Source: Candidatus Nomurabacteria bacterium (GTDB lineage: Bacteria; Patescibacteriota; Minisyncoccia; Phycocordibacterales; UBA9973). Taken from it: a DNA stretch of 64,000 bases. The notes under the pieces were generated by a model. It saw only the letters and a list, made by a program, of their open reading frames with translations. It did not search any database and was not told the DNA's origin. This document shows positions 33,004-41,509 of the stretch, one piece after another. Positions within the stretch are counted from its first letter, which is position 1, and each line of letters starts with the position of its first letter. The DNA lies in assembly GCA_021413905.1 (NCBI GenBank), contig JAIOPO010000005.1, positions 2,027-66,026 of the forward strand, read 5' to 3'. Both the position numbers and the translations under genes were made by a program.

Positions 33004-33990
33004 TTATTGTGAAACATTGGTCGGTGCGACCATGTGTTTCAAAACATTATAACATTTATTTTTATTTTTAATAGCTTCATTTTGACATAATTCCGGTGAA
33101 TTATAGACCAATTCATTATGAAAATTATAATAACGAATAAGCCCCTCAAAACAAGCATCAACATTTTTAAATACAAAACAATAATTTTCCCCTTCTTTTT
33201 CTTGTGTAATATGATGCTTCATAAAACCAACTCCGGAACCAACAATGCAACTTACTCTCAAGGAAGAAGAAGTTATGGATTCACATTTTTTAATATTATC
33301 CAAAGATTCCGTAGACATTTTATACCTTGGAGCATAAAAATAACAATTATTATTATAAGGAGTTTTAAAAGTGGAACAAAAATCAAATGCATCTTCAAAA
33401 TGCGTAATTACTTTATTTATACCAGTATTCTCATCATCAAAAATATGCATAAAAACACCATCGTAACAATTTGACCTTTGAGATTTTTCTTTATAAGAAT
33501 CACAAAAACTTAAAGATTTTTTAACATCGCCGTTCAAAGCAAACATGAGACCATGTCCAACTCCATGGAAACAACGATTTAAATTAGCGGGTAAACATAC
33601 TGAATTTAATTCATTCAATAATTGATCTTCTTTCAGAAAACCAAACTTTTCTTCTATAACTCCATGAATATATCCTGCCCCACAAACATCATCTTCATAA
33701 GACATCGCGCCAGAGAAACCATATTTCAAATAAGCATGATGTCCTATTTCATGAGCTACACCATGACAAGAATTTGCAAGACTTTCATCTGAAATAATTT
33801 CTTCTCTCAATATTGCAAGCACTTGACTGGGTGTCTTTTTGTCTAACATTTGCATTAACTCTTCGCGAGAATAATGTGGCAAAGTTTTTTGTTCTTTTTT
33901 AATATTTAAATAAAAATAAATAGAGAAAATAAAAAACAATACAGCAAAAATAACCAGTGTTTTTCGAATAAGACCTGGTGATATTTTCAT
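33004..33990 (-). CDS. Membrane-anchored Cys/His-repeat protein containing an HExxH motif, encoded between pheS and pheT
   Basis: An N-terminal TM segment is followed by about six repeats of C-x(9-12)-C-x-G-x-x-H (CHGVAHEIGHH, CGAGYIHGV, CFHGVGHGLM, CYDGVFMHI...). HEIGH resembles a zinc-metallopeptidase motif, but the family is not recognised. Confidence 0.45.
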   Translation of the reverse strand: MKISPGLIRKTLVIFAVLFFIFSIYFYLNIKKEQKTLPHYSREELMQMLDKKTPSQVLAILREEIISDESLANSCHGVAHEIGHHAYLKYGFSGAMSYEDDVCGAGYIHGVIEEKFGFLKEDQLLNELNSVCLPANLNRCFHGVGHGLMFALNGDVKKSLSFCDSYKEKSQRSNCYDGVFMHIFDDENTGINKVITHFEDAFDFCSTFKTPYNNNCYFYAPRYKMSTESLDNIKKCESITSSSLRVSCIVGSGVGFMKHHITQEKEGENYCFVFKNVDACFEGLIRYYNFHNELVYNSPELCQNEAIKNKNKCYNVLKHMVAPTNVSQ

Positions 33991-33997
33991 AAAATTT

Positions 33998-34723
33998 TTA
34001 AAACTGATTCAATCTTAAGTCCCCTTGATAAAAAAGACGCACGTCGGGGATATTCCAGCGTATCATAGCAATACGATCGAGACCTCCACCGAATGCAAAA
34101 CCTTGAAATTTTTCCGGATCGAGTCCTAAATTTTTTAAAACATTTGGATGCAACATTCCCCCGCCCATCATTTCCAGCCATTTGCCATTGAATTTTGCAT
34201 GCACTTCCACAGACGGCTCGGTAAAAGGAAAGAAACTCGGACGGAATTCTATTTCAATATTTTCACCCAAAGCTTTTTTATAAAATTGCGTCAGCACACC
34301 TTTCATATGTGCCAAAGTCCCCGCTCCACTTTTGTCTTCCATAGGTACAATAGCAAAGCCGTCAATTTGATAAAATTGCATTTCGTGAGTTATGTCTGTG
34401 GCTTCATTTCTGAAAACTTTGCCTATAGAAATATACGCGCAAGGAAATTTATTTTCTTTCCCTGCCATTTCAATCATACGCGCTGTGGTATTTGTATTAT
34501 GAGTGCGCAAAACTTTTTCACTTTCATTTTTAATATAAAAAGTGTCTTGCATGTCGCGCGCCGGATGATCTTTCGGTACGTTCAACGCGTCAAAATTATA
34601 AAAAGTATTTTCCAACTCCGGACTGTTTGCAATTTCAAAACCAAGCTCGGAAAAAACTCTATAAGCTTCATTGGCTAATATAGAAAGTGGATGCTCGCTA
34701 CCCTTTTGAATATCATTTTCCAT
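33998..34723 (-). CDS. pheS: Phenylalanyl-tRNA synthetase alpha subunit, catalytic core only
   Basis: Class II motifs 2 and 3 are present (FRPSFFPFTEPSVEV, GFAFGGGLDRIAM). At 241 aa it lacks the N-terminal coiled-coil extension. Confidence 0.85.
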   Translation of the reverse strand: MENDIQKGSEHPLSILANEAYRVFSELGFEIANSPELENTFYNFDALNVPKDHPARDMQDTFYIKNESEKVLRTHNTNTTARMIEMAGKENKFPCAYISIGKVFRNEATDITHEMQFYQIDGFAIVPMEDKSGAGTLAHMKGVLTQFYKKALGENIEIEFRPSFFPFTEPSVEVHAKFNGKWLEMMGGGMLHPNVLKNLGLDPEKFQGFAFGGGLDRIAMIRWNIPDVRLFYQGDLRLNQF

Positions 34724-34727
34724 TTAA

Positions 34728-34955
34728 TTAATAGTTATGCCATTCAAGAGAATAATAGTGAGGACTTATATACTTTAAAACATAAGTACCATTAACATCT
34801 TGAATTTTCATATCGGCCTTATAATCACTAGACGTCTTTGCATTTTCAAAAAAATCTAAAACATAACTATCATTCCAATGATTTCTTAAATATTCCAGAG
34901 CATGGTCGACATCGCCATTATTCTCTATGTCACATTCATAAATTTTTGTAATCAT
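34728..34955 (-). CDS. Hypothetical small acidic protein
   Basis: A 75-aa ORF tightly packed between trhO and pheS. No recognisable motifs. Confidence 0.3.
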   Translation of the reverse strand: MITKIYECDIENNGDVDHALEYLRNHWNDSYVLDFFENAKTSSDYKADMKIQDVNGTYVLKYISPHYYSLEWHNY

Positions 34956-34962
34956 AAAATTA

Positions 34963-35997
34963 TTATATCATATCTATCTTAAATTTCTTGTAATTTTTTT
35001 TGTATTGATTTTGATGCTTTTGACGAGCTGAGCCGACTAAAAATTGATTTACTTTTTTCGGGAATTTATCGCAAATTTGGCAAATGCGACCACAATATCC
35101 ATCTAGATTTTTTTCACAGTTTTCACAAACAATAAAAAGCAGATGACAAGAAAGATTTTTGCAATGTTTGTATTCGTCTGATTTTTCTTTTTCACAAATT
35201 TGACAAAATGAGATTATTTCATCCCCCACTTTCTCGCCCATTCTTTCATCAAAGACGAAATTCTTGCCTTTGAATTTATTCTGCAAGCCGAGCTCTTTGA
35301 CTCTATGCGCATAATCTATAATCCCACCCTTGATATGTTTTACATTTTTAAATCCATTATGTTTCATCCAAGCCGAAGCTTTTTCACATCTGATACCGCC
35401 GGTACAATAAAGCAAAACTTCTTCATCTTTTTTATCTTTAAACATATCACGCACTTTTTGGAGTTGTTCACGGAAAGTATCCACATTCATTATTTTTGCA
35501 TTTTCAAAATGCCCTATCGCCGCTTCGTAAACATTACGCATATCTATCACTGTCGTCCCGCGAGTAATCATATCATTCACATCTTCAGCCAATACGTATT
35601 CACCGGTGTCTGCCGGATTAAAAGTCGCATCATCGAGTCCGTCAGCCACTATTTTATTTCTCACTTTTATTATGAGTTTCAAGAAACTAATTTGTTTTTC
35701 TTCGACGGCAATTTTATAAGGCACGCCTTTAAACTCTGGTATGTTTTGTATAAATTTATCAAAAGCTTCGAAATTATGTTCCGGCACATTCATCTGCGCA
35801 TTGATGCCTTCATTCGCGACATAAATTCTACCAAGACATTTCAATTCTGAAAGTTTATCGAAAAGAGTATCCCGCATTTCTTTCGGATTTTCTATACGCG
35901 CATATTTATAAAAAGAAAGAGTCTTTCTTTTAAAATTCTCACGCGCCAAGTCCGCCAAAAGCTCCTCTTTATTTTTCGTATTCGCCTTCTTTATCAT
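34963..35997 (-). CDS. trhO: Rhodanese-domain protein of the UPF0176/YceA family (tRNA uridine-34 hydroxylase TrhO-like)
   Basis: The N-terminal domain FYKYARIENPKE...GRIYVANEGINAQ is followed by a rhodanese domain with the catalytic Cys (CTGGIRCEKAS) and a C-terminal Cys cluster (CQICEKE...C..C). Confidence 0.7.
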   Translation of the reverse strand: MIKKANTKNKEELLADLARENFKRKTLSFYKYARIENPKEMRDTLFDKLSELKCLGRIYVANEGINAQMNVPEHNFEAFDKFIQNIPEFKGVPYKIAVEEKQISFLKLIIKVRNKIVADGLDDATFNPADTGEYVLAEDVNDMITRGTTVIDMRNVYEAAIGHFENAKIMNVDTFREQLQKVRDMFKDKKDEEVLLYCTGGIRCEKASAWMKHNGFKNVKHIKGGIIDYAHRVKELGLQNKFKGKNFVFDERMGEKVGDEIISFCQICEKEKSDEYKHCKNLSCHLLFIVCENCEKNLDGYCGRICQICDKFPKKVNQFLVGSARQKHQNQYKKNYKKFKIDMI

Positions 35998-36053
35998 ATT
36001 TTCATATTAACGATAAAATGCCCATTTTGCAAGACTTATGCTACTATTAAATT

Positions 36054-36149
36054 ATGAAAAAACAAATGATTGTTTTAGTCATTCTAATAGCATTTTTCTC
36101 CATCTTGGGCTTCTACCTCGGCTGGCTAGACAATGGACCGAGGTTTTAA
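36054..36149 (+). CDS. Possible 31-aa single-TM micropeptide (not in ORF track)
   Basis: ATG at 36054 opens MKKQMIVLVILIAFFSILGFYLGWLDNGPRF*. It is the only plus-strand ORF in a minus-strand gene run. Speculative. Confidence 0.2.
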   Translation: MKKQMIVLVILIAFFSILGFYLGWLDNGPRF

Positions 36150-36171
36150 ATTTTTGTAAGAAGTATTTTTA

Positions 36172-36375
36172 CTAATTACTTATAACTTTTATGTCGTAAG
36201 TATCAATATCATCAAAAGTATAATTTTGTGGCAAATTATTTTTTATAAATTGTTGAGTATTTAGTTGAAATTCTCTTAAATCAGAACTTGCCGGTATTGA
36301 AAAAATTTCCTCAAAGTCCCCTTTTCTGATTTGTATCTGATTCAAAAGAATATTTACTGTAATTTCTTTTTTCAT
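36172..36375 (-). CDS. Hypothetical small protein
   Basis: A 67-aa ORF 6 bp downstream of the secreted-protein gene, likely cotranscribed with it. Confidence 0.3.
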   Translation of the reverse strand: MKKEITVNILLNQIQIRKGDFEEIFSIPASSDLREFQLNTQQFIKNNLPQNYTFDDIDTYDIKVISN

Positions 36376-36380
36376 ATAAT

Positions 36381-36932
36381 TTATAGATTTATTTCCATTT
36401 TTTGATTAACTAAGTTAGTGCAACTTTCTTGACTAATGTACTTAGTTCCATTGACTAAATCACCGAGCCAAGAACTATTACCAATTAAATCACTTTGTGG
36501 AGTGCAAGTAAGTAGTCTTTTATTTTCATAAGCGTCAAGTAATACAACTATCTTACCTGCACCTGAAACTAAAACAAAACATTGATTGAATTTTTGATTA
36601 TAATGATTCTGTTGATAAAAAGGATGTTCTTTGGATTGTCTTAAAATTCCATAGGGATCCATTTGCTCTGTAAAGTCAGTAAGTGTTTTTTCAGCTTGAT
36701 TTGCACATTTTGCCTGTAAATTTAAATCAACTGAAGTTGAACTTTTAACCTTCTCGTTATTATTAACTTTATTAGTAGGGACTGCAACAGAAACTTGAAC
36801 TACTGGTGGTTGAACAATTTTTTTATGAAACCAAGAAAATGGATTCCACCAAGAAGCCATAGCAATAGAAGGTAAAACAAAAACAGCCATTATTATAATT
36901 CCTGCAAATTTCGCATATTTTATATTTTTCAT
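36381..36932 (-). CDS. Hypothetical secreted protein with a signal peptide and 4 Cys
   Basis: The N-terminal signal/TM segment is AKFAGIIIMAVFVLPSIAMA. The mature part has conserved-looking Cys residues. No known family. Confidence 0.45.
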   Translation of the reverse strand: MKNIKYAKFAGIIIMAVFVLPSIAMASWWNPFSWFHKKIVQPPVVQVSVAVPTNKVNNNEKVKSSTSVDLNLQAKCANQAEKTLTDFTEQMDPYGILRQSKEHPFYQQNHYNQKFNQCFVLVSGAGKIVVLLDAYENKRLLTCTPQSDLIGNSSWLGDLVNGTKYISQESCTNLVNQKMEINL

Positions 36933-36985
36933 AATATTTGTATTTTACGCTTTCTAAACTTAGATTTCAAGCAAGACATCCTAAA

Positions 36986-37020
36986 TGTTATAAACTCTGC
37001 GATAGCAGAAAGTCTAACAA
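36986..37020. promoter_or_regulatory. 35-bp imperfect palindromic site (operator-like), copy 1, upstream of 36381-36932
   Basis: TGTTATAAACTCTGC-GATA-GCAGAAAGTCTAACAA has a TCTGC/GCAGA core. About 30 of its 35 positions match site 37551-37585. Confidence 0.5.
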
Positions 37021-37049
37021 ATACTACGACTATAAAAAACTTGAGTTAT

Positions 37050-37532
37050 TTACTTTTTTATATTATATCCTTTTGCAAGTTTGAAAGTTTTAAGACTTTC
37101 TTTAAGTCCAATATTTTCTATATAATCTAAAAACTTTTTCGGCAAAGGCGACGGACCCACCCAAACACTCTTTTGTATCATAATATAATTGAATTTCTTT
37201 AAATGCCAACGAAGCCATTCCCTCTCAGCTTTCTTTGGTTCAGGCACATCAAACATCACTATTAAATCTTTCGGTGCATCTTTTTTAAACTTAAAATCAA
37301 ATTGCTTTAGTGAATCAATTTTTTTATTTATATAGTCCTTGCCTTTCATTGTAATATGCAAACCTTCACAATCTTCCACAAATCCTTCTTTTAATAAATA
37401 CGACATTGTTCCTCGCAGTGAATTTGGTGAATGATTTTTAAATTTCGGCAAACCTAAAAAATCTACACGCATTCCTTTGTAGTTGAAAGATTTTTCACTC
37501 AGCTCTTTTAATAAATCAAATGCAATAGTCAT
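37050..37532 (-). CDS. Winged-helix domain protein with a C-terminal Cas2/VapD-like domain (PaaX-like regulator?)
   Basis: The N-terminal roughly 85 aa look like a wHTH (LRGTMSYLLKEGFVE...). The C-terminal block LIVMFDVPEPKKAEREWLRWHLKKFNYIMIQKSVWV follows the Cas2 pattern (beta-strand-DV ... R..L...L...G..Q.SV[FW]). Domain calls are by eye. Confidence 0.45.
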   Translation of the reverse strand: MTIAFDLLKELSEKSFNYKGMRVDFLGLPKFKNHSPNSLRGTMSYLLKEGFVEDCEGLHITMKGKDYINKKIDSLKQFDFKFKKDAPKDLIVMFDVPEPKKAEREWLRWHLKKFNYIMIQKSVWVGPSPLPKKFLDYIENIGLKESLKTFKLAKGYNIKK

Positions 37533-37550
37533 AAATAAAGTATATCAAAT

Positions 37551-37585
37551 TGTTAGAAACTCTGCTATCGCAGAAATTATAACAA
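37551..37585. promoter_or_regulatory. 35-bp imperfect palindromic site, copy 2, 19 bp upstream of the start codon of 37050-37532
   Basis: TGTTAGAAACTCTGC-TATC-GCAGAAATTATAACAA, near-identical to site 36986-37020. Confidence 0.5.
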
Positions 37586-37603
37586 TTATTGTTTTATAAC
37601 AAA

Positions 37604-40597
37604 CTATTTATAAATCTCTGCGCGTTTGCAATACTCGCATTTGGTATTTTTGCCATACGAATTATAATTACAAGGGCGAGCAATCCATTCTCCATTTTTT
37701 AGGAGATTGTCATAGTCGGCAATGTCTTTAATTAACAAATCTATTTTTTCTCTGTCTATGTGTGTAGAATAAAGAGCATTTTTGTCATCTTTTTTTGCTT
37801 CAAGGAAAAGAAGTTTGGAAGCGTATACATCTTTGCCTTTTTCTGCACCCGCGACGAGATACGAATACATCACAAGCTGACGCATCAATGTGGAAAGCCT
37901 GCCTTCTTCATCTATTTTTTCAATCACGCCTTTTGTTTTCACACTGCCGGTTTTAAAATCAGTCACCGTAATATCACCATTTGAATTTCTTTCTGTTAAG
38001 TCCAACTTTCCATACATCAAAAGCTCCGGGAATTTCGGATCTCTAAATTGCAAAGACCTTTCAGACATATAATCTTTCGCTAAAGTTTCGTAATAATTTT
38101 CCACCCAATGCATTACAGCATTTTCTGCATCTTTTGCCAGTTTTTTTAATTCTGTTTCATTACTGACTCCTTCTTTTTCCAATTCACTTTTTATTTTTTC
38201 TTTTATCTCAGCACTTTTCGGTAAAGTTTCGTTTTTCAAAATAAATTCTATCGCAGAGTGCACAGCAGAACCGAGACCAAGCGAAGTACTTTTGACTTCC
38301 GGCAATTTCAAAAAATTCCTAAAATACCATTTCCAAGGACATTCAAAAAAGTTATTCAATAATGACACAGATACTTTACTCTCATGATAATTCTCTCGCA
38401 CAAAAGTTTTTATATCTTCTAAAATATCCCCTTCCTCGCGTTGCATTACTTTCGTATATATTTGCGGTCCGTGTGTCAAAATTTCTTTTTGTGTTTCTTC
38501 ACGAGTTTTTTTATTAAAATGATTCTCGGGTAATTCTCGAATAATTTGCGCAAGCTCCATCGTCCCACCTGTGTAATTCTCATTCGCATATGAAATATTA
38601 CAAAATTCTTTCGCGCGAGTTATGGCTACATACAGCTCCCTTTTCACGGACTCAATATCTTTCTCTGCTATATGCATTTTCACTTTTTCAGGTAGAGTAA
38701 AACCATTTTTCTTTTCAGACATTATTACCTCTTCATTCATATGCGCTATCCAGACGGCTTTGTATTCCAAGCCTTTTGATTTGTGCAAAGTCATCACTTG
38801 CACGCCACTTTTCGTGCCAAAAGATGCCAAAGAAATATGACTGCCGTAACTTTCCAAACGTCTGAAATATTCTAAAAATTCTGCTAAACTTTTATTTTTA
38901 TCCCCGCCTCCTCGGCGGGCAGGCTTCTGCTCAAAAAGCATTGCAATATGTATGAAACTCCGCACGACTTCCACATTGCGTATCAATTCTTCGTGAGTTT
39001 TGGATTCATCAATTAAAAATTCATTGCCGACAGTGCTGACTATTACAGAAAGTTTTTCATTGGAAAGAGTATCTATCCAATTTTTCAATTTACCGCCCCA
39101 CTTTGAAATTGCGTTTTCTCCGGCGAAAAGTCCACCATCTTTGCCTTCGCCTATCAAATCTTCAATATTTAATTTATCCGGCTTTAATGATTTTAAAAAT
39201 TTATGCGCGGAAAAAGTTTCAATACCGCTGTATTTATCCAGTAATGATTCTGAAAGAGGAATGCTGTTATATGGATGAGCGATAATATTTAAAATTCGCA
39301 ACAAGCTTTGTGTTTCTGAAACATCAAATAAAGATAAATTTTTCCCAGCAGAAACAGGCACACCCATATTGTGCAATATTTCTATGGCATTTCTTACGTG
39401 ATAGTTTTTCGGCACGAGTATTGCGCAATCTTCGGGCTTTACCCCTTTATCAATTAAATTTTTGAAATATAAACCTGCGCCCAAAATCTCATCTCTCTGA
39501 TATGCATATTCACTCAAATATATTTTCTCACTACCATTTATATTACTTTTTAATTTTTCATTTGAAATAGAACTCTTCAATAAATCATCTGCCAAATCCA
39601 AAATATTTTGCGTAGAACGATAATTCTCAGTAAGTGTGATTTGTTTTGCTTTGCCAAATGTATGTGCAAATTCTTCAAAATATGACATCGATGCTCCAGA
39701 GAATCCGTAAATGAGTTGCCTGTCATCCCCCACTACAAAAATATTTGGCTTTTCTTCGTCTTTCCAGACAGCTTTCAAGAAATTATTTTGCACCCCACTG
39801 GAGTCTTGATGTTCATCTACCAACACATATTGATAATTTTCTTTTATATCTGAGCGTATGTCTTCATAATCTTCCACGAGTCTGACTGTGTATTCCAAAA
39901 TATCATCATAATCCATAAAGCCTTCCGTGACTTTTTTTTCTTCATACATTCGATAAAATTCCACGACTTCGCGCGTGCGTTCGAGAGATTCTATTTTGTT
40001 TTTTATTTCTTTTTTGAGTTGTCCTTTACTTTCTCCTCTTGAAGAAATACTATCGGGATCATTTTTTAAATTCTCAATATCCGCTTCGACATAAGACAAA
40101 AATTCCTCCGGTGTCAGCCTTTCTCTTTTTAATATTGAAATCAAATGTTTCAAATCGGAAAAATACATTACCGGATTTGCTCGCGGACGCAGATGCTCCC
40201 ATTCATTGTTTTGCAAAATATCGTCCACTAAAAATACCGCTTCATCATCAGAAAGCAATTTCGGCATTATTTTAAAACCAATATTTTCATAATTCTTCTC
40301 AATCAAATTTATGCCAAAACTATGAAATGTGGAAATGTGCACTTTGTCGGCATCATTGCCTATGTATTCCGCCAAGCGACTTTTCATCGCCTTCACGCCG
40401 GAATTTGTAAAAGTCAGACACAAAATACTGTCTGCTGTGGTATCCGTCTCCTTCAAAATATTCGCAATCCTCAAAGCCAAAATCTGCGTCTTGCCCGTGC
40501 CCGGACCAGCGACAACCATCACCGGACCATCAAGCGTATCCACTGCTTCTTTTTGTTCTTTATTTAATTTTTTATATTCTTCGTTAAATTTTTGCAT
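37604..40597 (-). CDS. UvrD/PcrA-like SF1 DNA helicase fused to a C-terminal PD-(D/E)XK nuclease with a Cas4/AddB-type 4-Cys cluster
   Basis: Walker A is VVAGPGTGKTQILALR, with UvrD motifs (TFHSFG, VLVDEHQDSS, VVGDDRQLIYGF). The C-terminus shows ECPWKWY ... D-x-D-x-K (YGKLDLTE...VTDFKTG) ... CNYNSYGKNTKCEYC. Confidence 0.8.
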   Translation of the reverse strand: MQKFNEEYKKLNKEQKEAVDTLDGPVMVVAGPGTGKTQILALRIANILKETDTTADSILCLTFTNSGVKAMKSRLAEYIGNDADKVHISTFHSFGINLIEKNYENIGFKIMPKLLSDDEAVFLVDDILQNNEWEHLRPRANPVMYFSDLKHLISILKRERLTPEEFLSYVEADIENLKNDPDSISSRGESKGQLKKEIKNKIESLERTREVVEFYRMYEEKKVTEGFMDYDDILEYTVRLVEDYEDIRSDIKENYQYVLVDEHQDSSGVQNNFLKAVWKDEEKPNIFVVGDDRQLIYGFSGASMSYFEEFAHTFGKAKQITLTENYRSTQNILDLADDLLKSSISNEKLKSNINGSEKIYLSEYAYQRDEILGAGLYFKNLIDKGVKPEDCAILVPKNYHVRNAIEILHNMGVPVSAGKNLSLFDVSETQSLLRILNIIAHPYNSIPLSESLLDKYSGIETFSAHKFLKSLKPDKLNIEDLIGEGKDGGLFAGENAISKWGGKLKNWIDTLSNEKLSVIVSTVGNEFLIDESKTHEELIRNVEVVRSFIHIAMLFEQKPARRGGGDKNKSLAEFLEYFRRLESYGSHISLASFGTKSGVQVMTLHKSKGLEYKAVWIAHMNEEVIMSEKKNGFTLPEKVKMHIAEKDIESVKRELYVAITRAKEFCNISYANENYTGGTMELAQIIRELPENHFNKKTREETQKEILTHGPQIYTKVMQREEGDILEDIKTFVRENYHESKVSVSLLNNFFECPWKWYFRNFLKLPEVKSTSLGLGSAVHSAIEFILKNETLPKSAEIKEKIKSELEKEGVSNETELKKLAKDAENAVMHWVENYYETLAKDYMSERSLQFRDPKFPELLMYGKLDLTERNSNGDITVTDFKTGSVKTKGVIEKIDEEGRLSTLMRQLVMYSYLVAGAEKGKDVYASKLLFLEAKKDDKNALYSTHIDREKIDLLIKDIADYDNLLKNGEWIARPCNYNSYGKNTKCEYCKRAEIYK
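38900..38926. repeat. GC-rich 27-nt hairpin-forming element, copy B, in-frame in the helicase-nuclease gene
   Basis: ATCCCCGCCTCCTCGGCGGGCAGGCTT encodes KPARRGGGD. CCCGCC/GGCGGG can pair. Similarity extends into the GCTTTTTGA flank, for about 45 nt in total. Confidence 0.65.
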
Positions 40598-41507
40598 TAT
40601 TTTTTATCATCACTTTAGACTTCCAAAAGAAAAATCCGATAATTGAAATAGTCAAAAGTGGAGAAATGTATTCAGGGACTTCGTGCCCGAAGCTTTGGAG
40701 GATCATAATAATACCCAAAACTAAAATGGAATACATCGCGCCATTTTTGAGATAAACATATTTTTTAATATTTTCAATATTGCCCATCGTGAGCTTGCGG
40801 ACAAGATACGCTCCCAAGCCATTGCCGAGCAAAATCAAAGGCACGGAAAGAGTAAAAGCAAATGCACCCAAAACACTGTCTATGGAAAAAGTGGCATCAA
40901 TGATTTCCAAGAAAAATAATTTACTTAAATCAGAACTAGCAGAACTCTTGAGTTCTTTTTCAGACTCTTCTGCGTTTTGTTTGAAACCGTGCGTGATAAA
41001 AAACAAAGTCGAGCCAACAACTGCACCGAAGCCCATCATACTGCTTTGTTTCAAAGCAAACCATGCAATGAAAGCGAGAACGACGGAAACTATCGCATAA
41101 AACCACACGCCTTTTTTCATAAAAAATCTTTCAGGATTTGGCAAGCCAAAATGTTTCTCTTCCAAGAAAAGCCAATGTAAAAATAAAAATAAAAGAAATA
41201 CTCCTCCAGCGACGAGGAGTATCGGCGCAGATTTTACAATTGATTCGTGGACAATAGGGTCAGAAGACCAAGCAGCGGAAAGGACTTGCATAATGCTGAG
41301 CGATGGATTAAAAGCCCAGACAATACAAAATGGCAATACTCCACGGACGACAACAACTGCAAGTAAAAATCCCCAGAGCAGGAACCAACGCTTTGCCTTG
41401 GCGCTCATTGTGGACAATACTTCAGCATTTATAACCGCATTGTCCAAAGACGAAATGGACTCAAAAACCGCAAGTCCAACTATTGTAAATAAAGCTGTGA
41501 ATAACAT
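40584..41507 (-). CDS. Integral membrane protein, TerC/DUF475-like
   Basis: Multi-TM protein; the N-terminal ESISSLDNAVINAEV resembles the TerC-family SxDN motif. Weak assignment. Confidence 0.4.
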   Translation of the reverse strand: MLFTALFTIVGLAVFESISSLDNAVINAEVLSTMSAKAKRWFLLWGFLLAVVVVRGVLPFCIVWAFNPSLSIMQVLSAAWSSDPIVHESIVKSAPILLVAGGVFLLFLFLHWLFLEEKHFGLPNPERFFMKKGVWFYAIVSVVLAFIAWFALKQSSMMGFGAVVGSTLFFITHGFKQNAEESEKELKSSASSDLSKLFFLEIIDATFSIDSVLGAFAFTLSVPLILLGNGLGAYLVRKLTMGNIENIKKYVYLKNGAMYSILVLGIIMILQSFGHEVPEYISPLLTISIIGFFFWKSKVMIKNNAKI

Positions 41508-41509
41508 AT

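Noticed and set aside
41201-41219. CTCCTC-N7-GAGGAG hairpin in the TerC-like gene, considered as another GC-rich intragenic element
   Set aside because: It encodes an ordinary TM segment (ILLVAGG) and does not resemble the pheT/helicase element.
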